In this document: in pieces, positions 54,001-63,456 of the stretch | Position numbering within the stretch: position 1 is the first letter of the stretch | Layout of the letters: every line of letters begins with the position of its first letter | Origin: an uncultured Candidatus Entotheonella sp. | GTDB lineage: Bacteria > Tectomicrobia > Entotheonellia > Entotheonellales > Entotheonellaceae | NCBI GenBank assembly: GCA_965217185.1 | Contig: OZ244252.1 | Coordinates: 2,080,001 to 2,144,000, forward strand | Reading direction: 5' to 3' | DNA length: 64,000 nt | Position numbers and translations under genes: made by a program | Notes under the pieces: model-generated | Told to the model about the DNA's origin: nothing | Database searches by the model: none | Seen by the model: only the letters and a program-made list of their open reading frames with translations

Positions 54001-54629
54001 AACTTGCGGCCGCCCGTTCCCGTCTCACCGAAATAGCGCGTACAGGCGACCGCCGTGCCCTGGGGGAACTTGCGAGGGTCAAGGAGCGTCAGCGGGGCTT
54101 GACGGCTTCCCGCAGTCGGCGCCTTGCCGAACTGCAAGCTGAGCCGCACCTTGTCCAGGCCGGTGACGTCGAGGTTCTCGTTCACGCCCTCGTGGTGCCC
54201 GGACAGGATTCTGAAGAAGCTGAACGTTATGATGCCGATGTCGAGGCGATTGCCATGGAGGTCGCCGCTGGTTATGAGGCGAGTTTCGGTGCCGAGGTCG
54301 AGGATGTCTCGCGGCCCGAACTGGCGCGCCGCGCCGGGCTGCCCGACTGGCCGGGGTTCGATCTCTGGTCCCGGCGCCCTACGGCGGAGAAGTTGGCGAT
54401 CGAGGTCAAGGGCCGCGCCGCTTCCGGCAACGTCGAGATGAGCGATAACGAGTGGGCCAAGGCTTGCAACCTGCGCGATGCGTACTGGCTCTACGTCGTC
54501 TTCGACTGCGCCACGCCACGCCCGCGGCTGCTGCGGGTGCGTGATCCGTTCGGCAGGCTTCTCGCCAGAAGCCGCGAGTCCGTCGCCTACGCCATCACGC
54601 CGGGGGCCATCATGGCGGCAGCGGATTAA
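51021..54629 (+). CDS. XRE-HTH / SNF2 helicase / DUF3883 nuclease-like fusion
   Basis: LTQTQFAELIGVSFATVNRWE; LADDAGAGKT, DEAHK, LTATP, EGINLQ, EQRMGRIHRYGQ; GFDL...IEVKGR...YWLYVV. Start could also be 50985 or 51033. Confidence 0.92.
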   Translation: MSPAMSTQLPSDFSRRIKRARGARGLTQTQFAELIGVSFATVNRWENEQSRPNNLAWRRILELEEQAGEGSGAEGISLDDKSNAPVSMNFSADPNAVWVVAEAHRLAYGHLFNPAFATETSLIDPLPHQRIAVYEHMLEQAPLRFLLADDAGAGKTIMTGLYVREMLSRRLIRRVLIVPPAGLVGNWEREMRTLFSLPFCIISGADARDGNPFLGPDSDWVIVSVDTLAGERMFSRLKDPQTQAYDLVVFDEAHKLSADRQPDFRVRKTDRYRLAESLAGAETDDARWGLPWSAQHLLLLTATPHMGKDYPYYCLWRLLLPDTLSTCDAFDAFPDDSRRQHFVRRTKEEMVHFDGSPLYPQRNCDTLSYDLSQGPASEQELYDDTTDYIRYSYNRASHLNRSAARLAMSVFQRRLASSTFALMRSFERREEKLARWIDDIRSGRLTEEQLALQQRRLDDLDDAFETRTADEAPTSEDEGEDAEGFENQALGGTVALSLSELEAERRHVEALLEKARKLLNAGEESKFEKLREVLRDPKYLNEKLIIFTEHRDTAEFLVRRLEGLGFTDQVARIHGGLPYQERERQVEFFRRPSSEGGATYLVATDAAGEGINLQFCWLMVNYDIPWNPARLEQRMGRIHRYGQKHDPVVIVNLVSGGTREGRVLKTLLDKLEVIRRQLQSDKVFDVVGRLFEGLSIRDYLERAVTGDADTVVEQLEGNLTDEQVRALAERERVLFGEGGEVRRQLAHLNDEAERETYRRLLPGYVRRFVEKAAPLLDLRIEGDPGAFFTLVPNRSRATDALLPVLEMYPESTRDRLTVYKPTDRDNAVWMHPGEPVFDGLTAAVFDRFGRDGLQGAVFMDPYASEPYLFHIAQASVVQQSQIDAAPAGLLDGCDNGESAPKPLESRLIGLRQTGDGAIVECPVEHLLLLRGVHGFAPSRVRLATLARGLAIDAARFAREEVSEQLAQAHRQRRLDDLSVRMAFVSRGFDFQAAELAAARSRLTEIARTGDRRALGELARVKERQRGLTASRSRRLAELQAEPHLVQAGDVEVLVHALVVPGQDSEEAERYDADVEAIAMEVAAGYEASFGAEVEDVSRPELARRAGLPDWPGFDLWSRRPTAEKLAIEVKGRAASGNVEMSDNEWAKACNLRDAYWLYVVFDCATPRPRLLRVRDPFGRLLARSRESVAYAITPGAIMAAAD

Positions 54630-54767
54630 CGGAGTAAGGATATGTCCCCGCTGGGGGGATGGTTCCAGATTCCTTTGAGAGGTCCGCCTAGCTGGCGACC
54701 GAAGGAACTGCCGGCCATGCACCTCAACAACTGGCGGGCAAGATGGGGTCTGAAAAAGGAGAACACG

Positions 54768-55043
54768 ATGGGAGTACGACAGCCGCGTTACAGCAAAGAG
54801 GAGTTCGCCCGGCGTGGTCAGGCGATCTACGAGAAGCAGGTGAGGCCGCAGGTGGAAGAAGGCAATCGCGGCAGGGTTGTGGCGATTGACATCGAAACCG
54901 GGGAATTTGAAGTAGCGGACGCCCCGATGGCCGCCTCCGACCGCCTCTTTGCGCGTTGTCCGGATGCGCAGCCGTGGTTGGTCCGTATCGGGCACCGGGC
55001 GTTACACCGGTTCGGAGTTGCGTATGCCAGTGGCTTGACATGA
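54768..55043 (+). CDS. Small hypothetical protein coupled to the aspartic protease
   Basis: AAGGAG RBS; YSKEEFARRGQAIYE...VAIDIETGEFEV; ATGA overlap with the next gene. Confidence 0.78.
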   Translation: MGVRQPRYSKEEFARRGQAIYEKQVRPQVEEGNRGRVVAIDIETGEFEVADAPMAASDRLFARCPDAQPWLVRIGHRALHRFGVAYASGLT

Positions 55044-55411
55044 TTGAGGGTGTCGTAAGCGGGAATTCCGAGGCGATAATCCGACTGACCCTGCGCGCCG
55101 CTACTGGCGCGATACAGGAAATCGACGCCATCATCGACACTGGCTTCACCGGTGATCTGACACTCCCACCGGCGTTGATCCGGCGGCTGAATCTGCCCTG
55201 GAAAGGTCGCAGTCAAGCCCTGCTCGCCGACGGCGGCAGGCATACGTTCGACGAGTACGTTGGAACTGTGTCGTGGAATGGTCAATCCCTTACGGTGGAG
55301 GTGAGTTCGGCCGATACCAATCCCCTCGTTGGAATGGGATTGCTCAGGGGCCACCGCCTCAGTATGGATGTGATCGAGAATGGCGCCGTGACCATTGAGG
55401 CGTTGACATGA
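55040..55411 (+). CDS. Clan AA aspartic protease
   Basis: IIDTGFTG, LADG, PLVGMGLL. Confidence 0.85.
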   Translation: MIEGVVSGNSEAIIRLTLRAATGAIQEIDAIIDTGFTGDLTLPPALIRRLNLPWKGRSQALLADGGRHTFDEYVGTVSWNGQSLTVEVSSADTNPLVGMGLLRGHRLSMDVIENGAVTIEALT

Positions 55412-55429
55412 TTTGCCAGCCGCGGGGAT

Positions 55430-55618
55430 GAGATAGGTGACAACGAGCGGGCCAGGGCCTGCAATCTGTGCGATCCGTACTGGCTCTACGTCGTCTTCGA
55501 ATGCACCCGCCCGCGTTGGTTACGGGTGCGCGATCCGTTTGGCTGGCTGCTCGCCAGGAGCCGCGAGTCGGTCGCCTATACCATCTCAGCGGAGGCTATC
55601 ATGGAAGCAGCCGAGTAA
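55430..55618 (+). repeat. Diverged duplicate of the helicase 3' end (54435-54629)
   Basis: EIGDNERARACNLCDPYWLYVVFEC...AIMEAAE* versus EMSDNEWAKACNLRDAYWLYVVFDC...AIMAAAD*. Confidence 0.9.
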
Positions 55619-55754
55619 CGCAGGGGTGCACAACGGTTCCCATTAAAGTCGGTCCCGAAACCAACGCCTGAAAAACTGTCAGACATCGACTCAAGAGAGT
55701 TGATGTTGCACACAGTCCCAATGCAAATGACATTCACCATGGAGATGGGTTACC

Positions 55755-57533
55755 GTGCCCAGCTACGAACATGAAAAGCTGATCGAGCGTATCTTGAAGC
55801 TTGACCAACCACCTGACGACGACACCACATACGCAAGGTGGATTACCGCCGACAGGCACCTGGATTTGCTGCGGAAGAACGCGGAAGAAGACGAAGTAAT
55901 CGTCTATGCGTGCGACAAATATACCTTCATCCACGCCGTGGTTATCAGCGAAGACGTGATTGATCTACTTGACAACGACTTATTCCGCTGGAGTGGCGGT
56001 CCGTTCTTCGCTCATGCAGCGGCATACACGTGGGGTGGGGGTAGAGACGATGTATGGATCGAACGCGGACCAGCGATTGACGGGTCCAAGATGATCCAAA
56101 CAGCACGCCAGCTCGTATTTGGCCGCGAAATCATGGGACTCCCGGGTAAGGGTGACGCCTATTTTGAAGTTTCTCAGGAATACTCTCACCTGTCCGACAT
56201 CCACCACCGCCCTGAGCACAGCGCCTATTGCCGCATCGACGAGCACGGCGACCTGGAATATGTCGTCACGATTACCAAAAAGACGTCGCGAAAAGACGTT
56301 TCGCTCGTAACGTTCAAACGGGAACCCCTGGAAGAGTACCTTGCGGCATCCCGCTCCGTTCTGGTTCGAATGTTCGATTTCCAGTTGTTGAGATACGGTG
56401 AGTTCGACGCTTGGCCGAATACCCCCGAGAACATCGTCAAACACGACCCAATCTTCTACCGACAGAAGATTGATGCCGGGAAAGCCTCATATACCCGAGG
56501 AATACAGATCCTTCGCCCAAGTCGACCGAGTGCGGAGATCTTCTCCAGGATGAAGCGCGAACCGATCGAGCATGAGACGGCGCAGTATGTTGACTTCGTG
56601 GCACATGACTGGCGCAACGGTGGTGTCAGTGCCATATCTACCGATCCATGCGCCACCACGAACTACTTTCAGGCAGATGGGAATTCATTGCCTTTCGAAT
56701 TGTCCCCTGCCTTCTTCAAACCCGAAGTGCTTTCCAGGTACAAAAATGATACCGATAAGTACTTGATCGAAGATCGTCGCATCCATTGCCGGAGTGCATG
56801 GGAATTACGCGGCTACGACGTGAACGAAGCAGGACAGGTACATGCGTACATTTGTGATCTCAGAAACCTGCCGTACAGTGAGCAACTGTATTGGAAGAGC
56901 TTCAACGAAGAACCAAAAACCGGAATATCCGAACGCGCTCTGACGAACGATTTCAAGGATGAACCAGTTGAAATTACCGACCCACTGGCCAGGATCAAGC
57001 ACATTCTTACGCAGTGGGAACAATCGAGTGCGCCTTGGTGGACGCTCCGTGATCCAGCGTCCGCCGGTCGCGTCACCTCGCCGCTTACGAGCAGTCGAGA
57101 CGAATGGGCGCGCGCATTCACGAACTTGGCCCAGCTTGTCATCGAGGGATTTGAAACCAAGGCCGTCCGCACGAGGTTGGACGAAATGGGGATAGCTTGG
57201 CAACGTGACGAGAAGAGCATATTGCTCTTGGAGCGTGTCTTGTCTGGTGAAGCTGCGGACGGATGTGCGCAGAGTCTCGATGGTCTGCGTTCAGTACAAC
57301 GCATTCGCTCGAAAGTCGGTGCTCATGCGCGCGGTACGGAGGCCGATTCCTTGGCGACACGCGCCGTACAGGAACACGGCAGTTATGCCGCTCATTTTGA
57401 AGACGTCTGTAGAGACGTCGCAACCGAGCTTGAATACATTGAACGAGCGTTTAGCCAAGGTATTGCCGAGGATCAAAAGGAATCTGCCCTAATCAAACCG
57501 CTGTCAGCGCAAATTGATGAGGCCACAAAATAA
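55755..57533 (+). CDS. Hypothetical protein, 592 aa, defence-island cargo
   Basis: Long, lower-GC ORF coupled to the DUF1156 gene (TAATG); no motif recognised. Confidence 0.8.
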   Translation: MPSYEHEKLIERILKLDQPPDDDTTYARWITADRHLDLLRKNAEEDEVIVYACDKYTFIHAVVISEDVIDLLDNDLFRWSGGPFFAHAAAYTWGGGRDDVWIERGPAIDGSKMIQTARQLVFGREIMGLPGKGDAYFEVSQEYSHLSDIHHRPEHSAYCRIDEHGDLEYVVTITKKTSRKDVSLVTFKREPLEEYLAASRSVLVRMFDFQLLRYGEFDAWPNTPENIVKHDPIFYRQKIDAGKASYTRGIQILRPSRPSAEIFSRMKREPIEHETAQYVDFVAHDWRNGGVSAISTDPCATTNYFQADGNSLPFELSPAFFKPEVLSRYKNDTDKYLIEDRRIHCRSAWELRGYDVNEAGQVHAYICDLRNLPYSEQLYWKSFNEEPKTGISERALTNDFKDEPVEITDPLARIKHILTQWEQSSAPWWTLRDPASAGRVTSPLTSSRDEWARAFTNLAQLVIEGFETKAVRTRLDEMGIAWQRDEKSILLLERVLSGEAADGCAQSLDGLRSVQRIRSKVGAHARGTEADSLATRAVQEHGSYAAHFEDVCRDVATELEYIERAFSQGIAEDQKESALIKPLSAQIDEATK

Positions 57534-58362
57534 TGTCTAACCGTAAACGTCTCATCGAAGTAGCTTTCCCGCTCAAGCAGGTCTCGCTGGACGCCGTTCA
57601 CGAAAAGAACGTGCGGCACGGGCATATCTCCACGCTGCACATCTGGCCGGCGCGGCGGCCGTTGGCGGCGGCGCGGGCGGCGCTGATTGCGACGCTGCTT
57701 CCCGATCCGGGCAATGCCGGGGAACGCCAGAAAATCCTGGAGCGCATGGCCGGCCGCGTGGTGGAGACGATTGAGCGCAAGCGGGTGAACGGGCGGGTGG
57801 TCGAGAAGACCAAGGAAGAGACGGTCGGCGGCATCCTGCACTGGGGACGCGAGAACGGGCCGGACCTCGAGTGGTTCCGTGCGGAGATTCGCAAGGCATA
57901 CGGCGGGCGGTCGCCGAAGGTGCTGGACCCGTTTGCGGGCGGCGGCGCCATTCCGCTGGAAGCGATGCGCCTGGGGTGCGAGGCGACCGCCATGGACATC
58001 AATCCGGTGGCCTGGTTCATCCTCAAGTGCACCCTGGAATATCCGCAGAAGCTCGCCGGTCAGACGCGCCCGCTGCCCGAATTCGCGCTCCGGGACGGCG
58101 ACTTCATGGCGGCGTTCCTGAAAGCCAAGGGTTTTAAGGGCGCAAGCCTGCGGACGTGCCTGCAGCGGTTCGGCCACGGCGACGGTGGCGACGTCCCGCT
58201 CGACCTCGTGCGCACCCTGAATCAAGTTCAGGGCAGGCTGATGATCCGCTACTGGCAGCGGACCTGGCTTGGCACGTACGCGCCTGGGGCCGCTGGGTGC
58301 TGGCCAAAGCGCGCGCGGAACTGGCGTCGTTCTATCCCACCTATGCCGAGTGGACGCCACTC

Positions 58363-59670
58363 TGTGCAAGCCGAACATCGTTTACAAAATAGACCGGGAA
58401 CACGGTTTACACGGTTGACTCACGTTGATGCCACTGTCGGGCATGGGTAATCGTATGGGTACGGTCATTCAGGACACCCAGAAGATGGAAGCTGTAGCGA
58501 ATCTCCCAGCAGTCGTTGTCACAAGCAACCAGACCGATGGGTTCCTTGGCCAGCACCGCCGAGAGATAGATCAGCCGCCCTCGCCATTTGAACTCACCCG
58601 TGCGCCGCACCCGCCGCACGGTGACACCACGGTCGTACTCAACCGCCGGCAGCTTGGCGCGATAGGGACGCCGCGAGACCTCATGCACACTGCCTGGCGT
58701 CAGGCGCCCAAGGGCTTCGTGAGAACGCTGCCAGTTGAACTCCTCGACAAAAGCGTCGAAGCGCCTCTGCTGCGCCGCAAAGCTACTGGCTGCCGGATTG
58801 ATCACCGCTTCCTTGAGCGAGCGATGCATGCGTTCATGGCGACCGTTTTCGCTGGGCGTGGCCGGTCGAATGCGCTCCGGACGAATACCCAGGCGCACCC
58901 ACCACTTTGAGAGTTGGCTGAGGCCACCGGCGGCCAGCGAGGCAAAGGGTGCGCCGTTGTCGGTGCGCAGGGTCTCGGGCAGGCCATACTCCCGAAACAC
59001 CCACTCGAACCAGGGCTTGACGGCAGCCGTGGTCATGCGGCTCAGAGCGCGGCACTGCAAGATAAAGCGGCTGTGATTGTCGGTGATGGTCAGGGGGTAG
59101 CAGCGTTGGCCGCCGCCGAGTCGGAAGTCGCCCTTGAAGTCAGCGCTCCAGCTCTGCGCCGGGGCGCTGCAGGTGACCAGGGCGTGCGGGTCCGGCGGCA
59201 CGCGGCGGCGCTTGCGCCTTTGCCTGACCAGGCCGTTTCGCTTGAGGATGTCGGCGGCGGTGCTGTCGGCTGGCCAGGGATTGTCGGGCTCCAGAGCGCG
59301 GAGTCGATCCATGACCTTCTTGGGTCCGAAGCTCTGAGATGGGCGAGCTTCATCTGCACGATGCGCTCGGCAATCTCGGGTGCGGTGGTGTCAGGGTGTC
59401 GATGGGGTCTTCGTGAAAGGTCATGGAGTCCCTCGGGGCCACGGCTGTGATAGCGCTCAATCCACTTGTCGCCAGTGGGTCGGCTGATGCCATAGTGCAT
59501 GCACAGGTCTCTCTTGGTGTAGCAACCGCTCAAGTAGTCGGCGATAAACTGAATGCGTGGGTCCATGGTACACGTCTCTTTCCAAGGCATCGGCGAATCC
59601 TCCTTCGCCCGATACCTTAAACGTAAACCATGTTCCCGGTTTAATGTGTAAAGGATGTTACCGGTTTGTA
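58363..59670 (-). mobile_element. IS481-family element, 1308 bp
   Basis: CCACTC duplicated at 58357-58362 and 59671-59676; imperfect IRs carrying repeated CCGGGAACA..GTTTAC boxes. Confidence 0.88.
58407..59590 (-). pseudogene. IS481 transposase with a frameshift near 59330
   Basis: MPWKETC, YGISRPTGDKW, WSADFKG, RTDNGAPF, NGRHERMHR. Confidence 0.85.
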
Positions 59671-62166
59671 CCACTCAATCATTCCCCCCTTGAGGGGGAG
59701 TCGGCGAGACAAGGGCGCAGCCCGCAGCCGAGCCGGTGGGGGGAATCCGCGACGGACGGCGAGCCTCCCGAACGACTGCGGCTCCTGGAGCCGGACGCCG
59801 AGGGCAGAACCGACGCCGGGCCGCTGAACGCGGACTTCGATTCGACCTACCTGAATGACCCGCGCAACCCGCGCTGGATCGCCAAGCCGACGGTCGCCTA
59901 TCTCTGGGCGCGAACCGTGACCTGCAAGCAGTGCCGCGCCACCCTGCCGCTGCTCAAGACGCGCTGGCTGTGCAAGAAAGACCGCAAGCGCGTGCTGCTG
60001 ACAATGGAACCTGTGGTTAGTGGTCGGTGGTCAGTGGCCAGCGACCAGTCCACCCCATCCCACCCCGGGGCGGCGGAGGGGGAACAGGCCACTGGCCACT
60101 GTGGTTTTTGGCGTGCAGAACGACCCGCCCCAAAACGGCGGCAACGCGGCGCATCGGCGTGGGCACCATGTCGCGTACCGGCGCCACCTGCCCGTGCTGC
60201 GGCGCCATCACGACGATGGCGGATATCCGCTTTGAAGGCCGCGCCGGCCGGTTGGGCGCTATCATGACGGCCGTGGTGGTGGGCGGAGCGAAGGGCAAGG
60301 AGTACCGCGTACCGACGGACCATGAGCGGTTGGTGACGGACGTAACCGAGGAGCAGCTTCAGGCGCTGTATGCGGACATCCCGTTCGGGTTGCCGGAGGA
60401 GTCCCTGCCGAGCAAAGAGGCTCTCGGGTTTCGCGTCCCACTGTACGGCTTCGATACGTGGCGGAAGCTGTTTACGAACCGGCAGCTTGCTAGCGTTGCC
60501 GTATTTATCTCAATACTCCGTAGTATCCCTAAACGAACATCATCTGAAGACACCTTGCCACAATATATTCTTGGATATTTGCTGTGCGTTTTTGGCAAGC
60601 AGATTGATTATTGTAATGGACTTTGCTCCTGGTACACACAGAACGAACAGATCACGCACTTGTTCAATAGATTCGCACTGCCTATCAAATGGGATTTTGC
60701 AGAAGCCTCCCCCATAGGCGGGGCTTCCGGAAGTTGGGAGTCAATGCTGAAATCTGTCACGAAATCTGTTGATACGGCGATCGCGGTACCGAATCTGGTG
60801 TTTCAGTCAACTGTTTGCTGTGGTTCCGCAACCAGCATTTCTGGGCAGTTTGACGTGATAATCACTGACCCCCCGTACTACGATGCTATACCCTATTCGG
60901 ACTCTATGGATTTCTTCCATGTGTGGCTCAGGCGGTCCACACACGGGCTATCTTCAGAAATGGACGCGTCGTTTCGCGAAGAGCTTGGGCCAAAATGGGA
61001 TCCCACCATTTGCGATGGCGAACTCATCGATGATGCCAGCCGATTCGACGGCGACAAAGAGCGATCCAAACAGAACTATGAAGACGGCATGGCCCGCTCA
61101 TTCCGTTCCTGTCACGCTGCGCTGCAGCCGGACGGACGGCTCGTGGTTGTCTTTGCTAACAAACAGCCCGAGGCATGGGAGACGCTGGTCGCCGCCTTGA
61201 TTCGGGCCGGCTTCGTCGTTGACGGGTCCTGGCCCATCCAGACGGAAATGAGCAATCGAACCCGCTCGCTGGGATCGGCCGCTCTCGCGTCCTCCGTCTG
61301 GATTGTCTGCAAGAAGCGCCCCGCCGCCCGCCCCGGCTGGGACAACATCGTCCTCAACGAGATGCGCGACAACATCACCCGGCAACTCCGCGACTTCTGG
61401 GACGCTGGCATTCGCGGCCCGGACTTTGTGTGGGCGGCGACCGGCCCGGCCCTCGAAGCCTTCAGCAAGCACCCTGTCGTCAAGAAGGCCAACGACCCGA
61501 ACCAGCTGATGACCGTCTCGGCGTTCCTGCGCGAGGTGCGGCGCATGGTCGTCGATTTCGTCGTCGGCCGGGTGCTGACCCGGGAGGATGGACAGGACAC
61601 GGCGACGGGCCTCGACGACGTAACCACCTACTACCTGTTGCATCGCCACGACTTTGGCATGGACGAGGCACCCATCGGCGGCTGCATCCTCTATGCCCTG
61701 TCGTGCAACCTCTCCGATGCCGCCTTGGTCAACCAACACGACCTCCTCGCCCGATCAGGCAAGGGGAAAGCCGATGAGTCCGAGGACGGCGAAGAAACCG
61801 GCGGCGGCGCCAAGGTCAGGCTGAAGCCCTGGCACCGGCGGCAGGGCCGCAACCTCGGCCTCGAAGCGCCGGGCGGGCGCCCCGCACCGCTCATCGACAA
61901 AGTGCACAAACTCATGCACCTCTGGCGCGCCGGTGACCAGATCAAGGTCAACGACTATCTCGACAGCCGCGGCCTGCAGCGCAACGCCCTGTTCAATCAA
62001 CTCCTCCAGGCGCTCATTGAGCTGGCTGGCGCCGGTTCCGAGGAGCGCTCCCTTCTCGAAGCCCTGAGCAACCACATAGCCGCCCGCGGCGACGTCCAGG
62101 CGCCGCGCCAGGGGCGGCTTCAGCTCGGTTCCCCTATGCCATGAAAAGGCAATCGGAGGAAATCGG

Positions 62167-63456
62167 ATGATTACGTCGATTCGCCTCGTGAATTTCAAGA
62201 ACTTCGCCGACGAGACCCTGCGCGTCGGTCCGTTCACGGTCATCGTGGGGGCGAACGCCAGCGGCAAGAGCAATATCCGTGACGCTTTCCGCTTCCTGCA
62301 TGGCATCGGGCGCGGCTACATGTTGGCTGAGATCATTGGCGGGAAATATGGCGCAGACTGGAGGCCGATTCGAGGTGCGGTGAATGAGATTGTCCGATTC
62401 GGGCAAACAGCGTTTTCTATTGAGGTCCGCATGGAAATGGAAGACGCAGATTTACGCTATTTGATTGAGGTCGGTAACGACAAAAGAAGAGCCAATGAGT
62501 TCCGATTCGCCAGGGAAGAACTTAACGGCGTATTCAAACCCGGATACGCTAGGGACTTTCCTTCCTTCATCGTTAAGAACAACCCCGACCAAGACGATTC
62601 TGTCCGAACGCAATCCGACGCCTTTCCCCTGCTTCTCAACATGTTTTTGGCCATAAGAGGGGAAGATCCCAGAGTCCAGATCAGGTTTGGATCGGCGCTG
62701 GAGGAGATTGGGGAGCCCATATCAATGTCTTCCCTCCAAAAGAAATACCTTGAACCATACATCCAACACATAATCGACATCTTCGCCAATATCCGCTTTC
62801 TGGAACTGATGCCGGACCGGATGCGGGAACCAGCCTTTCCCGGCGCGACCGTCTTGGGGGATTCCGGTGAGAATTTGCCGGTGGTACTGGAGGACATCTG
62901 TGCCGACCCCGAGCGCAAAGAGATTCTCGCCGACTGGCTGCGCGAACTCACCCCTATGGACGTTGAGGATTTTGAATTCCCTCGCGATCCCAGCGGTCGG
63001 GTGTATCTCGTGATTCGCGAGAAGAACGACCGCAAGGTTTCGGTCTACAGCGCGTCGGACGGAACGCTGCGCTTTCTCGCCATGCTGGCCGCGTTGCTCG
63101 GCGACAAACCAAAGGGGTTGTATTTCTTTGAAGAGATCGACACCGGCATCCATCCGGTCAGGCTGGGGCTGCTGCTCGACCTGTTCGAGGGGCCGGTACG
63201 GGGCAATAGCCAAGTGATCGGCACGACCCACGCGCCGACCCTGTTGACCGCCATCAACGACGACACGTTCGAGAATACGTCCATTGTTTGCCGACTGGAA
63301 GACACCGCCGACGCGATCATCCGTCCGGTTGCCGACCTCCCGAACGCGCGGGAACTGCGGCAGGATCAAGGGCTGGGGCGGCTCCACGAATCCGGCTGGA
63401 TGGAGGACGCGCTTTTCTTCACCGAAGGTTACGACGAAGCGGAGGACGACTCGTGA
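62167..63456 (+). CDS. AAA_21 / ABC-type ATPase
   Basis: LVNFKNF, GANASGKSN, SDGTLRFL, FEEIDTGIHP, TTHAP. Confidence 0.9.
   Translation: MITSIRLVNFKNFADETLRVGPFTVIVGANASGKSNIRDAFRFLHGIGRGYMLAEIIGGKYGADWRPIRGAVNEIVRFGQTAFSIEVRMEMEDADLRYLIEVGNDKRRANEFRFAREELNGVFKPGYARDFPSFIVKNNPDQDDSVRTQSDAFPLLLNMFLAIRGEDPRVQIRFGSALEEIGEPISMSSLQKKYLEPYIQHIIDIFANIRFLELMPDRMREPAFPGATVLGDSGENLPVVLEDICADPERKEILADWLRELTPMDVEDFEFPRDPSGRVYLVIREKNDRKVSVYSASDGTLRFLAMLAALLGDKPKGLYFFEEIDTGIHPVRLGLLLDLFEGPVRGNSQVIGTTHAPTLLTAINDDTFENTSIVCRLEDTADAIIRPVADLPNARELRQDQGLGRLHESGWMEDALFFTEGYDEAEDDS

Larger units (their letters stand above)
57533..62144 (+). pseudogene. DUF1156 adenine methyltransferase, disrupted
   Basis: RLIEVAFP, LHIWPARRPL, LDPFAGGG, YLWARTV.C..C, TDPPYYD; frameshifts near 58200-58240, 60100 and 60150, plus an IS481 insertion. 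Confidence 0.88.

Noticed and set aside
59320..59345. Programmed frameshift in the IS481 transposase
   Set aside because: No slippery motif seen, and IS481 transposases are normally a single ORF; mutation or sequencing indel is more likely
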